36,461 nucleotides of DNA from Opitutia bacterium (GTDB lineage: Bacteria > Verrucomicrobiota > Verrucomicrobiia > Opitutales > UBA953): the NCBI GenBank assembly GCA_037129735.1, contig JBAXUJ010000001.1, positions 1 to 36,461 of the forward strand, read 5' to 3'. A program made the translations under genes and the position numbers. The notes below the pieces were generated by a model. That model did no database searches, was not told the DNA's origin, and saw nothing but the letters and a program-made list of their open reading frames with translations. Each line of letters starts with the position of its first letter. The first letter of the stretch is position 1. Positions 1 to 8,865 of this stretch are shown in pieces.

Positions 1-35
1 GATACGCGCGGAATGATAAAAAGTTAGTTTTATTA

Positions 36-1970
36 ATGTATTTTTCTTTAATCAAAAATCTTGGGCCGAGTTGGTTGGCTCAACGCGTCTGGTTTAAAGT
101 CGAAAATAAACTCGGCTTGCTAGAAAAAAGAATGCCCAAGCAATCTTGGGCAAGTCTGCTGCCTGCCTCCGTATCACAATCAGCGAAGGTATGGAGAAAT
201 AAAACTCCCTCTTTGCCTATCGCTCTTATTTCCCGTGAGGAACTTGCCCCATGGTGCGAAAGTTACGCTGTCGCTAATGGACACTCTCCGGTGGCCGAAG
301 CCCGTGGTTTGGCGCAAGGAAAGATTCGGATATTTAATCACCGTTTTTTTGATTTGGGATTTCCGCTAAACTGGAATCGCAATGTTTTGAGCGGCCGACG
401 TTTGGACTCCACTGCCCACTGGTCAAAAATCACCGATGAGGGGAGCGATGATATTAAGGGCGTTTGGGAGGCTTCGCGTTTCAGTTGGGTTTTCCCATTG
501 GTCCGCGCCTGGATTATTGAAGGCAGCGATTCTTACCCAGAAACCTTTTGGCAGTTATTCGAAGATTGGATGGAAAAAAATCCGCCCAATCAAGGTCCGC
601 AATGGATGTGTGGCCAAGAAGCCTCCATGCGATTGATGGCTGTGGCCTATGCCCTTCAAGCCTTCCGTAATCATTCCGCCACAACCGATCAGCGAATTAT
701 TTTAACGACGCAGTTAGCAGAAGCTACGGCGAATAGAATTAGTGGACATCTTTCTTACGCTATTTCTCAGTCTAATAATCACGGCATCAGTGAAGCAGTG
801 GGATTATTTACCGCAGGTGTGCTTTGGCCGAATTGTCCGCAGTCCAGTGAGTGGAGAGCTAAAGGAATCGAAACCTTGTTGCCACAAATTCAATCTTTGG
901 TAAATGCCGATGGCGGATTCAGTCAGCACTCTACAAATTACCACCGCTTATTTTTACATTTAATGATTTGGACGGAAGTGGTTTTACGATCCGAACACCA
1001 AACATTTCCCGAGGTTATCCTTAAGAAGATTCGTGCCGCGACACGGTTTTTAGGCGACCTATTAGATGATGAAGGCAATGTGCCACGGTATGGTGCGGAT
1101 GACGGAGCTTATCTATTTCCATTGAGTGGAAGTTCGCACGATGATTTTCGTCCAGTCGTAAATACGGCTAAAGCACTGTTTTTAGGTTCACGCCTGCCCG
1201 CTGGTCCATGGGACGAGGAAGCCCTGTTGCTCTGTGGTCCGATTTCTACGACAACATCCGATTTTTCAGTAGCTGACTTTGTTGATAAGCCCGTTTCAGG
1301 AGTGTCGGTTTTAAGAAATCAGCTCGGCTCACTTTTTTTTCGGAATCCTACAGAGTTCAAGTATCGTCCAAGCCACGCCGATCAACTCCATGTCTCGCTC
1401 AAGTGGGGTAATGAATGGGTGGCCGATGATGTGGGAACATTTTCATATAATTCAAAGTTAGCGGGGGCAGATGGTTCTAATGCCAATCAGCATAACGTGA
1501 TTACGATTAATAATCAAAACCCCATGCGTCGGTTCAGTCGGTTTCTTTGGCTACCTTGGACAAAGTGCAGTCGAGTCTTAAAATTAAATCAGATTCGCGC
1601 AGCACATGCCGGCTATACTAATTATTCGTGTGAACGAACGGTCCAAAAGCTTCCGCACGGTTTTATCATTATCGATAAAATCAAAGGTAAAAATAACGCC
1701 GAGATCTGTTTACGCTGGAATGGGCGTTCAAAATTAGCCCTCGAGCAATTATCCATTATTTGCTCGGCTGAATCAAAAGAAGATTGGCAAACGAGTAATG
1801 AGAAAACCGGCGAAGGTTGGTACTCTTCTAGTTATGGCGTCCGTGAACCCTCTTGGGTTCGTACTATCACCACCCGTACCTCTTCGGCTATTTTTGTAAC
1901 CGCCATCGGCTGTACGATTAAATTAGAAAAAAACGAACTTTGGGTAGATGGTAAAAAAACACTAATCTAA
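36..1970 (+). CDS. Heparinase II/III-family (polysaccharide-lyase fold) protein; role in this locus unknown
   Basis: 644-aa ORF. Family-like motifs in the translation: WEASRFSW, SNNHGISEA and the C-terminal PSHADQLHVSL (H-x-D-x-L, as in heparinase II/III C-domains). The frame stays open upstream to base 3 of the window, so ATG 36 is the first Met but is not proven to be the start. Confidence 0.65.
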   Translation: MYFSLIKNLGPSWLAQRVWFKVENKLGLLEKRMPKQSWASLLPASVSQSAKVWRNKTPSLPIALISREELAPWCESYAVANGHSPVAEARGLAQGKIRIFNHRFFDLGFPLNWNRNVLSGRRLDSTAHWSKITDEGSDDIKGVWEASRFSWVFPLVRAWIIEGSDSYPETFWQLFEDWMEKNPPNQGPQWMCGQEASMRLMAVAYALQAFRNHSATTDQRIILTTQLAEATANRISGHLSYAISQSNNHGISEAVGLFTAGVLWPNCPQSSEWRAKGIETLLPQIQSLVNADGGFSQHSTNYHRLFLHLMIWTEVVLRSEHQTFPEVILKKIRAATRFLGDLLDDEGNVPRYGADDGAYLFPLSGSSHDDFRPVVNTAKALFLGSRLPAGPWDEEALLLCGPISTTTSDFSVADFVDKPVSGVSVLRNQLGSLFFRNPTEFKYRPSHADQLHVSLKWGNEWVADDVGTFSYNSKLAGADGSNANQHNVITINNQNPMRRFSRFLWLPWTKCSRVLKLNQIRAAHAGYTNYSCERTVQKLPHGFIIIDKIKGKNNAEICLRWNGRSKLALEQLSIICSAESKEDWQTSNEKTGEGWYSSSYGVREPSWVRTITTRTSSAIFVTAIGCTIKLEKNELWVDGKKTLI

Positions 1971-3325
1971 TGAAGATTAAAAATATAACCTGTATTGGTG
2001 CGGGCTACGTAGGTGGCCCAACAATGTCGGTCATCGCAGATCGTTGTCCCGATATTCGAGTTACCGTTGTCGATATGAATGCTGACCGCATTGCGGCTTG
2101 GAATTCTGATCACATTCCTATTTTTGAGCCCGGCCTAGATGTGATTGTAAAACGTGCTCGTGGTAATAATCTATTTTTTAGCACCGATATCGATGCTGCA
2201 ATTAAATCAGCAGACTGTATTTTTATGTCGGTTAATACGCCGACCAAAACTGAAGGGGAGGGTGCCGGTCGCGCTGCCGACTTAAAATACATCATCGCTT
2301 GTGCTGAGCAAATCGCACGTTCGGCCCAAGATCATACGATTGTCGTAGAGAAATCTACTTTGCCAGTACGCACTGCAGAAAAAATTAAAGAAATTTTAGC
2401 AAAAAACAGTAAGCACACCTTTGACGTGCTTTCTAATCCGGAGTTTTTAGCCGAGGGAACAGCGGTTAAGGATTTAGAAAACCCTGACCGTGTTCTCATT
2501 GGAGGTGAAGCCCCCGCTGCCGTCAGTGCGCTGTTCGATATTTATGCTCACTGGGTAGCAAAAGAGAAAATCATTACTACCAATGTATGGTCGGCTGAAA
2601 TGGCCAAGCTCGCCGCTAATGCCATGCTCGCTCAACGTGTGTCGTCCATCAACTCACTCTCCGCTTTCTGTGAAGCGACTGAAGCTGATATTGATGAAGT
2701 CGCTAAAGTTTTAGGTAGTGACTCCCGTATCGGCGCCAAATTTTTAAAAGCCGGTATTGGTTTCGGCGGATCCTGTTTTAAGAAGGATATCTTAAATCTC
2801 GTGTATCTTTGTGAGCATCATGGCTTACCCGAAGTAGCTGCCTACTGGGAGCAGGTTTTAGTGATGAATGATTGGCAGAAAAAACGCATCGCCCAATTAG
2901 TTATCAAAAAATTAGGGGGTTCGGTTAAGGGTAAGAAAATTGCGGTCCTCGGTTTTGCTTTTAAAAAAGACACCAATGACACGCGCGAAGCCCCAGCCAT
3001 TTCGGTGTGTGAAACTTTACTGCAAGCGGGAGCCGAAGTGGTGGTTTTTGATCCGAAAGTTTCAGCTCAGAAAGTTCAAGCCGACCTTGCTCATCTTTCT
3101 GCTCATCATTCTCAGTTGAAATCTGCAAGTTCAGTCCAGGAGGCTTGTGTAGGTACAGACGCTGCCATTGTTTTGACTGAATGGGATCAATTTAAATCCA
3201 TTGAGTGGTCGAGTGTTGTCACCCAAATGTCACCTCAAGCTTGGGTGTTCGATGCACGTAATTGTACGAATCACATCGCCATCCGTGCATCTGGCTTAAA
3301 TCTTTGGATTGTTGGAAAAGCATAA
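1970..3325 (+). CDS. ugd: UDP-glucose 6-dehydrogenase (long, eukaryote-like UGDH type)
   Basis: 451 aa. N-terminal CIGAGYVGGPT Rossmann motif, plus GRAADLKY, LSNPEFLAEGTAVKDLENPDRVLIGG, GFGGSCFKKDILNLVYLC (catalytic Cys region) and LGFAFKKDTNDTRE. Collinear with my recollection of animal UGDH. The start overlaps the upstream stop (TAATG). Confidence 0.95.
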   Translation: MKIKNITCIGAGYVGGPTMSVIADRCPDIRVTVVDMNADRIAAWNSDHIPIFEPGLDVIVKRARGNNLFFSTDIDAAIKSADCIFMSVNTPTKTEGEGAGRAADLKYIIACAEQIARSAQDHTIVVEKSTLPVRTAEKIKEILAKNSKHTFDVLSNPEFLAEGTAVKDLENPDRVLIGGEAPAAVSALFDIYAHWVAKEKIITTNVWSAEMAKLAANAMLAQRVSSINSLSAFCEATEADIDEVAKVLGSDSRIGAKFLKAGIGFGGSCFKKDILNLVYLCEHHGLPEVAAYWEQVLVMNDWQKKRIAQLVIKKLGGSVKGKKIAVLGFAFKKDTNDTREAPAISVCETLLQAGAEVVVFDPKVSAQKVQADLAHLSAHHSQLKSASSVQEACVGTDAAIVLTEWDQFKSIEWSSVVTQMSPQAWVFDARNCTNHIAIRASGLNLWIVGKA

Positions 3326-3375
3326 CTAATTTGTTCAATCTTAATAAATTAGATTATAAAATATTCTAAATTTAC

Positions 3376-4854
3376 ATGAATAACACTATTAAACATCGAG
3401 GACTAACTTTTATTCATTATGCTATAATATCAATACCCGTAGTACTTTTACTTGCCCGGGCTTTTTTTGAGCCAGCTTGGACAGATGAAGTGTTCTTTGT
3501 GGATCCAGGCGCTCAGTTAGCTTTTACCGGTCGAATGACTTCTACCTGTTCGTATACCAATTCTTCGACGGAACTATGGGGGTCAAGTAATCCAGGTATG
3601 CCTTTAATGTTTGCTGGCTGGTTTAAACTTTTCGGATTTGGGAAGGTACAAGCAAAATTACTTTTCTGTCTTTTAAATTTTACAGGAATCTGGCTTTTTT
3701 TCCAATGGTTGCTTCGTCGATTATCTCCCAATCCTTGGGCGGTTGTAATTGGGGTAACCTGCTCATTACTTCTACCGAGTTTAAATGTGACAATAATAAA
3801 CCCAAGACTAGAAGTCTTGGCGTTCATTATGTGTGCATGGTTTCTGAGGTATTCATGGGATGAAAGAAAAGACATTTTTCACGAATGGATGGCAGCACCC
3901 TTATTGGGAATAGCTATCATCTTTTTTGGACTACATTTTGCTCCCTTCTTTGCTTTGGCAGCTGCTGTGACTTTCTTTATCGCCCCAGGTTGGCGGACAT
4001 TTAGGTTGGGTCTGGGCCTGATTTTTGGCCTATTACTAGGTCTATTTTTACTTAAGGTCGCCTATATCCACTATGGTATTTGGGATATTTTTGTTGCGGC
4101 AAGGTCAGCTCATTTAGATCGTTTAATACCATGGGCTTTTGCAGGGAAGGATAAATTTTTTTCTAAACCCGACCTTATAGTTTTTGCTCTGTTATCTTTA
4201 ATTGGTCTTCTTTCTATAATTTTTCACGAAAGAAAAAGTGATAGGCGCGCTTGGTTGGTTTGGGCCGGGACGCTGGCCTTATTTTTTGCGATTCCTGAGT
4301 TTATTGGTTATATAGGTTTTTATTACAACAGATATATATGGATGGTAGGAATTCCGGTCATGCTTTGTTTCTTCGTAGGCTTGCCGTTCTTGATGCCCAA
4401 CGTCAGAAAATTCTTTGCTTCAATAATTATACTTGGGTTGGTTTTTTATACGTATAAGTCTGTTACCTTCCTACAATTTAATGTTAACCAGTCATCTCAA
4501 AACCAAGCTGTGTTAAGTACTTTGAGACAGTTGGTTCCACCCGGGGCTCCGATTGTTGCAGATCAGCGAATATATTACGAATTAGTCGGCGAGGCTTTTA
4601 TCTATTACCCCGTCCCCATATATTCACGTAGCGAAGGTAAATTAAAAAACTGGAATTTTTTAGGATTTAAAAAAGAACTCAGTTTTTCACCCCAAGTCAG
4701 CAAGACCATTGCAGCAATAGTGATAACCGAGGGCGAAAGTAAGAATAAAGGGTGGGCTGAAGCGGTTGGTGGCGAGTGGAAAGAGATTGCAAAAATTAAG
4801 ACCTCACCGAAATACGATTCCGATAACAATATAATAATTTTTATCCGAAAATAA
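3376..4854 (+). CDS. Polytopic inner-membrane protein, probable GT-C fold glycosyltransferase (ArnT/PMT-like)
   Basis: 492 aa with many hydrophobic spans. An acidic D-E pair (PAWTDEVFF) follows the first TM helix, as in GT39/GT83 enzymes. A soluble C-terminal tail is present. The gene is AT-rich relative to its neighbours. Confidence 0.45.
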   Translation: MNNTIKHRGLTFIHYAIISIPVVLLLARAFFEPAWTDEVFFVDPGAQLAFTGRMTSTCSYTNSSTELWGSSNPGMPLMFAGWFKLFGFGKVQAKLLFCLLNFTGIWLFFQWLLRRLSPNPWAVVIGVTCSLLLPSLNVTIINPRLEVLAFIMCAWFLRYSWDERKDIFHEWMAAPLLGIAIIFFGLHFAPFFALAAAVTFFIAPGWRTFRLGLGLIFGLLLGLFLLKVAYIHYGIWDIFVAARSAHLDRLIPWAFAGKDKFFSKPDLIVFALLSLIGLLSIIFHERKSDRRAWLVWAGTLALFFAIPEFIGYIGFYYNRYIWMVGIPVMLCFFVGLPFLMPNVRKFFASIIILGLVFYTYKSVTFLQFNVNQSSQNQAVLSTLRQLVPPGAPIVADQRIYYELVGEAFIYYPVPIYSRSEGKLKNWNFLGFKKELSFSPQVSKTIAAIVITEGESKNKGWAEAVGGEWKEIAKIKTSPKYDSDNNIIIFIRK

Positions 4855-4977
4855 TTTTTAATAAAACCCATCACCAGCCCAGTGGTTTGTTTTTTAAACT
4901 CGTGATAACGCCACCTTTAAGCAGGTGCCACCCTCCAGTGTTTTAATGGATTACGTCTTTAATTAATATTTTTAAAA

Positions 4978-6033
4978 ATGGAAAAAAATTTATCTAAATA
5001 TTCAAGTGAAGTTATCGCGATAATCCCGGCGCGAAGTGGTTCTAAAACAGTTCCGCATAAAAATATTCGTACATTTGCGGGTAAGCCATTATTGGCTCAT
5101 TCTATTAGCCAGGCTTTAGACTCTGGTGTAGTGAATCGAGTGATTTTAAGTACTGATAGTGAACAGTATGCTGAAATAGGTAAACAATACGGAGCAGCTG
5201 TACCTTTTTTAAGACCGGTCGAAATTTCCGGAGATTTTTCAACGGATCTCGAATGTTTTAAACATGCACTAGAGTGGCTGAATAAAAATGAAGGTCAGGT
5301 TCCAGAATTTATTGTTCACTTACGGCCGACACATCCTAATCGCCGTCCAGCGGATATTGCACGGGCCATTGAGTTACTCCGTCAGCACCCCGAGTGGGAT
5401 TCCGTTCGCTCGGTTGTAGCGGCCCCAGAGACGCCTTATAAAATGTGGTTCCGAAATGATTTAGGAGAACTTACTCCAGTCATAAATTCAGATATTAAAG
5501 AAGCCCATAGTCGCCCCAGACAGGGGTTGCCGAGCACTTTTTTACAGAATGCGAATATCGATGTTATTCGTTCGCGAACTATCCTCGAAAAAAGCTCCGT
5601 AGCCGGTGATCGGGTTGGTTCATTGTTAATGGAAGAAATACACGATATCGATACTCATGCGCAGTTTGCCCGAGCTGAAGAATCTTTTATTTGGTCTAAC
5701 GGGATTCCTGTGGGTAAAACTTTTGTTTTTGATATCGATGGAGTGATTGCAACCATCACTCCTGGCAATAACTACGAATTAGCAGGCCCGCTTGTTGATA
5801 ACATTAAACGCATCAACAGAATTTACGAGGCTGGTAATCACATTGTTTTATTCACCGCGCGTGGATCCGCCACGGGAATTAATTGGTCGGAGACAACACA
5901 GCGTCAAATGAATGAATGGGGGGTCAAACATCATAAGCTGATGTTTGGTAAGCCAGCTGCAGATTATTACATTGATGATAAACTCATCAGTTTAGAAACC
6001 CTTTCGCAAATCGACAAATTTCTTAACCCCTAA
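4978..6033 (+). CDS. Acylneuraminate (nonulosonate) cytidylyltransferase-family enzyme fused to a C-terminal HAD-like phosphatase domain
   Basis: N-terminus AIIPARSGSKTVPHKNIRTFAGKPLLAHSI matches the CMP-NeuAc synthetase (CTP_transf_3) signature. The C-terminal ~110 aa carry HAD motifs: FVFDIDGVIAT (DxDG, nt ~5731-5742), FTARG, and GKPAADYYIDDK. Confidence 0.85.
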   Translation: MEKNLSKYSSEVIAIIPARSGSKTVPHKNIRTFAGKPLLAHSISQALDSGVVNRVILSTDSEQYAEIGKQYGAAVPFLRPVEISGDFSTDLECFKHALEWLNKNEGQVPEFIVHLRPTHPNRRPADIARAIELLRQHPEWDSVRSVVAAPETPYKMWFRNDLGELTPVINSDIKEAHSRPRQGLPSTFLQNANIDVIRSRTILEKSSVAGDRVGSLLMEEIHDIDTHAQFARAEESFIWSNGIPVGKTFVFDIDGVIATITPGNNYELAGPLVDNIKRINRIYEAGNHIVLFTARGSATGINWSETTQRQMNEWGVKHHKLMFGKPAADYYIDDKLISLETLSQIDKFLNP

Positions 6034-6037
6034 TATT

Positions 6038-7525
6038 ATGAATCCCCCCAACGACATACTCTACATTTTTGAGATGGCTAATAACCATCAAGGAGATGTT
6101 CAACACGGCCTAAAAATAATCGATGCGATGGCAAAAATCGCTCGTGATAATGGTATTCGCGCCGCGGTTAAGTTCCAGTATCGAGATCTCGATACGTTTA
6201 TTCACCCAGCCCACCAGTCGAGTGATAGTAAACATATTAAGCGTTTTCGTGAGACAAGATTAAGTAGAGAACAGTACCTCACACTCGTTGAAGCAACTCG
6301 TGAGGCCGGGCTGATAACCATGTGTACGCCTTTCGATGAAGTTTCTGTTAAGGATATTATAAATCATGGAATCGAAATTGTAAAAATTGCTTCCTGTAGT
6401 GCTAATGACTGGCCGCTCTTGGAGGCTATTGCTGCGGCGCGTAAGCCTGTAATCTGTTCAACCGGTGGCCTGCGCATCGAACAAATCGACCAAGTGGTTA
6501 ATTTCTTGGAGCACCGTAAAGTCGACTTTTCAGTTCTGCACTGTGTGGGAATATATCCAACGCCCACCGACGGTCTTTATCTAAACTTTATGGAGCGAAT
6601 GATGAAGCGCTATAATTGGCTTCGCATTGGTTATTCAGGACATGAAGATCCCAATGACGTTGATGTTGTTAAGGTAGCGGTAGCGAAAGGTGCGCGTATT
6701 CTTGAAAGGCATGTAGGAGTAGAAACACCGACATCCAAATTAAATGCTTATTCCATGAGCCCTGAGCAAACGGATCGCTGGGTTAAAGCTTCAATCAATG
6801 CTTTGAGAATTGGTGGAGCTCAAGGACAAGAGAAGCAGATTGTTCAAGTTGAAGTTGATTCATTACAATCTCTCCGTCGCGGCACTTATCTGAAGGTTCC
6901 CGTTCGCAAAGGTGAGGTCATTAGTGCCGACAAGGTGTATTTCGCAATGCCCTGTGCTGCCGACCAAACCGCAAGTTGTGAGTGGCTTGCGACCATGGTA
7001 GCTTCGCGTGACTATAAAGTTGATGAAGGAATTCAAGAGCGTCGTCAGTCTACTTTAACCAGTTCGCTGCGCAGTTTAGTTCACCAAGGCAAGGGGATGC
7101 TTTATGAAGCGGGTATTAAAATTGGACCTAAGTATACCGTTGAGATGTCTCACCATTATGGCCCAGAAAATTTTCGATCTCACGGTGCTTTGATTGTTAA
7201 TCTGATTAATCGCGAATATTGTAAGAAGCTCGTGATTGTATTTCCCGGTCAACGTCACCCCAATCATCGTCACCTCAAAAAAGAAGAAGTCTTTCAGGTT
7301 ATTCACGGCGATCTCGAGGCTGTGGTCGACGGCAAGATTCAACAATTAAAGCCCGGTGATATGGTCCTGGTTGAGCGAGGAATGTGGCACAGTTTCTCCT
7401 CTGTAAATGGATGCGTCTTTGAAGAAGTTTCCACAACGCATATTGTGGGAGATTCTTATTATGAGGACGAAAAAATTGCTAAATTGGATCCGATGCAGCG
7501 TAAAACAATTCTTGATATGTGGTAA
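6038..7525 (+). CDS. NeuB-family PEP-condensing (nonulosonate/ulosonate) synthase fused to SAF and cupin domains
   Basis: 495 aa. FEMANNHQGD...AVKFQ and KIASCS, GYSGHE are NeuB/SpsE-like TIM-barrel motifs. The central LRRGTYLKVPVRKGEVIS resembles a SAF domain. The C-terminus HPNHRHLKKEEVFQVIHGDLE...PGDMVLVERGMWHSF is a two-motif cupin. Confidence 0.8.
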   Translation: MNPPNDILYIFEMANNHQGDVQHGLKIIDAMAKIARDNGIRAAVKFQYRDLDTFIHPAHQSSDSKHIKRFRETRLSREQYLTLVEATREAGLITMCTPFDEVSVKDIINHGIEIVKIASCSANDWPLLEAIAAARKPVICSTGGLRIEQIDQVVNFLEHRKVDFSVLHCVGIYPTPTDGLYLNFMERMMKRYNWLRIGYSGHEDPNDVDVVKVAVAKGARILERHVGVETPTSKLNAYSMSPEQTDRWVKASINALRIGGAQGQEKQIVQVEVDSLQSLRRGTYLKVPVRKGEVISADKVYFAMPCAADQTASCEWLATMVASRDYKVDEGIQERRQSTLTSSLRSLVHQGKGMLYEAGIKIGPKYTVEMSHHYGPENFRSHGALIVNLINREYCKKLVIVFPGQRHPNHRHLKKEEVFQVIHGDLEAVVDGKIQQLKPGDMVLVERGMWHSFSSVNGCVFEEVSTTHIVGDSYYEDEKIAKLDPMQRKTILDMW

Positions 7526-7527
7526 AT

Positions 7528-8838
7528 ATGGCTACGATCGGCATACTCATTAATCACTACGATGCCCGAAATGATATTCGGGACTTAGTAGCGGAAATTG
7601 CTCGAAATCATCGGGTGGTATTATTGTCTAAAGAAAAAACTTTAGCTCATCCATTACCTGCTGGAGTCGAACTTCGTGCACTGGTATCGGTTCATCTTAA
7701 TAAAAGAAAATTTTGGAATAAGCTATTTACTTGGTTTGGGAAGCTGCCCCGTTCCAAGGAAAATTATTATATTAACGAGCTCTTTAAGCTAGGTCGACTG
7801 AGCCCGCTTCGACAAACCTTTGGAAAGTTAAAACTCAAACTCCAAATGTGGATGCCAAGGTTTATGAGTATCAATCAGCTTTTACCGTTACTTGCTCCGT
7901 GTGATTCGACTCATATTTCAGATATCGACAGCTTTTTATTAATTACTGAATTCGCTGACATCCCGATGTTGGCACGAATTTGTGATTCAGGGAAACCCGC
8001 CTGGGCCTATCTTTATAGTTGGGATCATCCCTGCAAGCACACCGTTCTCACGGACCGACTTACGGGCTATCTTGTGTGGAATAAAAAATTGGCCAAAGAC
8101 ATGGAAGAACTCCAAGGAGTTTCCCTCGATAAGTGTAAAATTATTGGAGCGACTCAGCTTTGCCCCATTGTTGATTACTTGGCATCTACCTCAACGTTGC
8201 CACGCCAAGGCCGCATCGAAGGTCGCCCTTATTTTTATTTTGGATGTGGCACAGGTTATGCTCCACTTTCACGCCGAGAAATTAAATTGGTTGCAGACCT
8301 CGCAGATCTTTTAAGTAAAGAATTTCCAGAGCATCTCTTATTAGTTCGGCCTTATCCTATGTTTAGTGATGACTCGGTACTCGCGGAAATTAAAGCAAAA
8401 CCCAACGTACGGATTGATGACGAATTTAGATCATTTCAAGTCGGTCGATCCCTACGTTCAGTTGATATCCATAAGCGCTTAGATTTACAGCGAGGCTCAG
8501 CTTGTTTTATTCATGTTGGTACAACCATGGGCTATGAAGCCGCTTTTTTGGGCTGCCCAGTGGTCTTTATTAATCTTATTTCCGACTTAAATACCGGAGG
8601 GGCAACCGATACAGAAAGTCTCTCAACATTTGCTCGGCAATACCACGTCCAGAGATACCTTGTCGGTAATTATCCATCTTCAGCTAATAATTTATCGGAA
8701 GCCGTAGCGGCATTAAAAACAGCGGTTAGTTTTCCTGATAAAATGATTCCTTATAATGATTATGTTTCTTCGGATACACCGCTAATGTCTATGCCTCAAT
8801 TAACGCAAAAGATACTAGATCAGTCACAACAAAATTAA
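7528..8838 (+). CDS. Hypothetical protein; possible GT-B-like transferase for the activated ulosonate made by the two upstream genes
   Basis: The ORF track starts at GTG 7519, and ATG 7528 is the more likely start. I recognise no strong signature. SWDHP and LLLVRPYP are faintly reminiscent of sialyltransferase HP and TagF-like motifs. The position is immediately 3' of the synthase and cytidylyltransferase genes. Confidence 0.3.
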   Translation: MATIGILINHYDARNDIRDLVAEIARNHRVVLLSKEKTLAHPLPAGVELRALVSVHLNKRKFWNKLFTWFGKLPRSKENYYINELFKLGRLSPLRQTFGKLKLKLQMWMPRFMSINQLLPLLAPCDSTHISDIDSFLLITEFADIPMLARICDSGKPAWAYLYSWDHPCKHTVLTDRLTGYLVWNKKLAKDMEELQGVSLDKCKIIGATQLCPIVDYLASTSTLPRQGRIEGRPYFYFGCGTGYAPLSRREIKLVADLADLLSKEFPEHLLLVRPYPMFSDDSVLAEIKAKPNVRIDDEFRSFQVGRSLRSVDIHKRLDLQRGSACFIHVGTTMGYEAAFLGCPVVFINLISDLNTGGATDTESLSTFARQYHVQRYLVGNYPSSANNLSEAVAALKTAVSFPDKMIPYNDYVSSDTPLMSMPQLTQKILDQSQQN

Positions 8839-8865
8839 GTCATTAGAATAAAATTCACAAAAACT

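Noticed and set aside
1-27. Frame 1 reads DTRGMIKS-stop, which could be the 3' end of an upstream plus-strand gene.
   Set aside because: Only 8 codons are visible, which is too short to support a feature. The frame of ORF 36..1970 is also open across this region.
3326-3375. AT-rich 50-nt gap with TTGTTC ... TATAAA, resembling a sigma-70 promoter.
   Set aside because: The spacer is about 18 nt and the region is generically AT-rich. The apparent lack of SD usage means the host may not use canonical sigma-70 consensus elements. The evidence is not strong enough to annotate.
6028-6040. An identical 12-nt junction, CCTAATATTATG (stop TAA, spacer, ATG), at 6028..6040 and 17112..17123.
   Set aside because: A single 12-mer repeat is expected by chance many times in 36 kb. 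It is plausibly just similar AT-rich stop/start context, and no extended similarity flanks it.
7982-8314. Same-strand alternative-frame ORFs nested in larger genes: 7982..8314, 9477..9752, 12523..12708, 13063..13254, 13487..13675, 16698..16907, 25536..25721, 33709..33918 and 436..636.
   Set aside because: They are out of frame with well-supported CDSs, short, and without motifs. There is no slippery-site or frameshift evidence.
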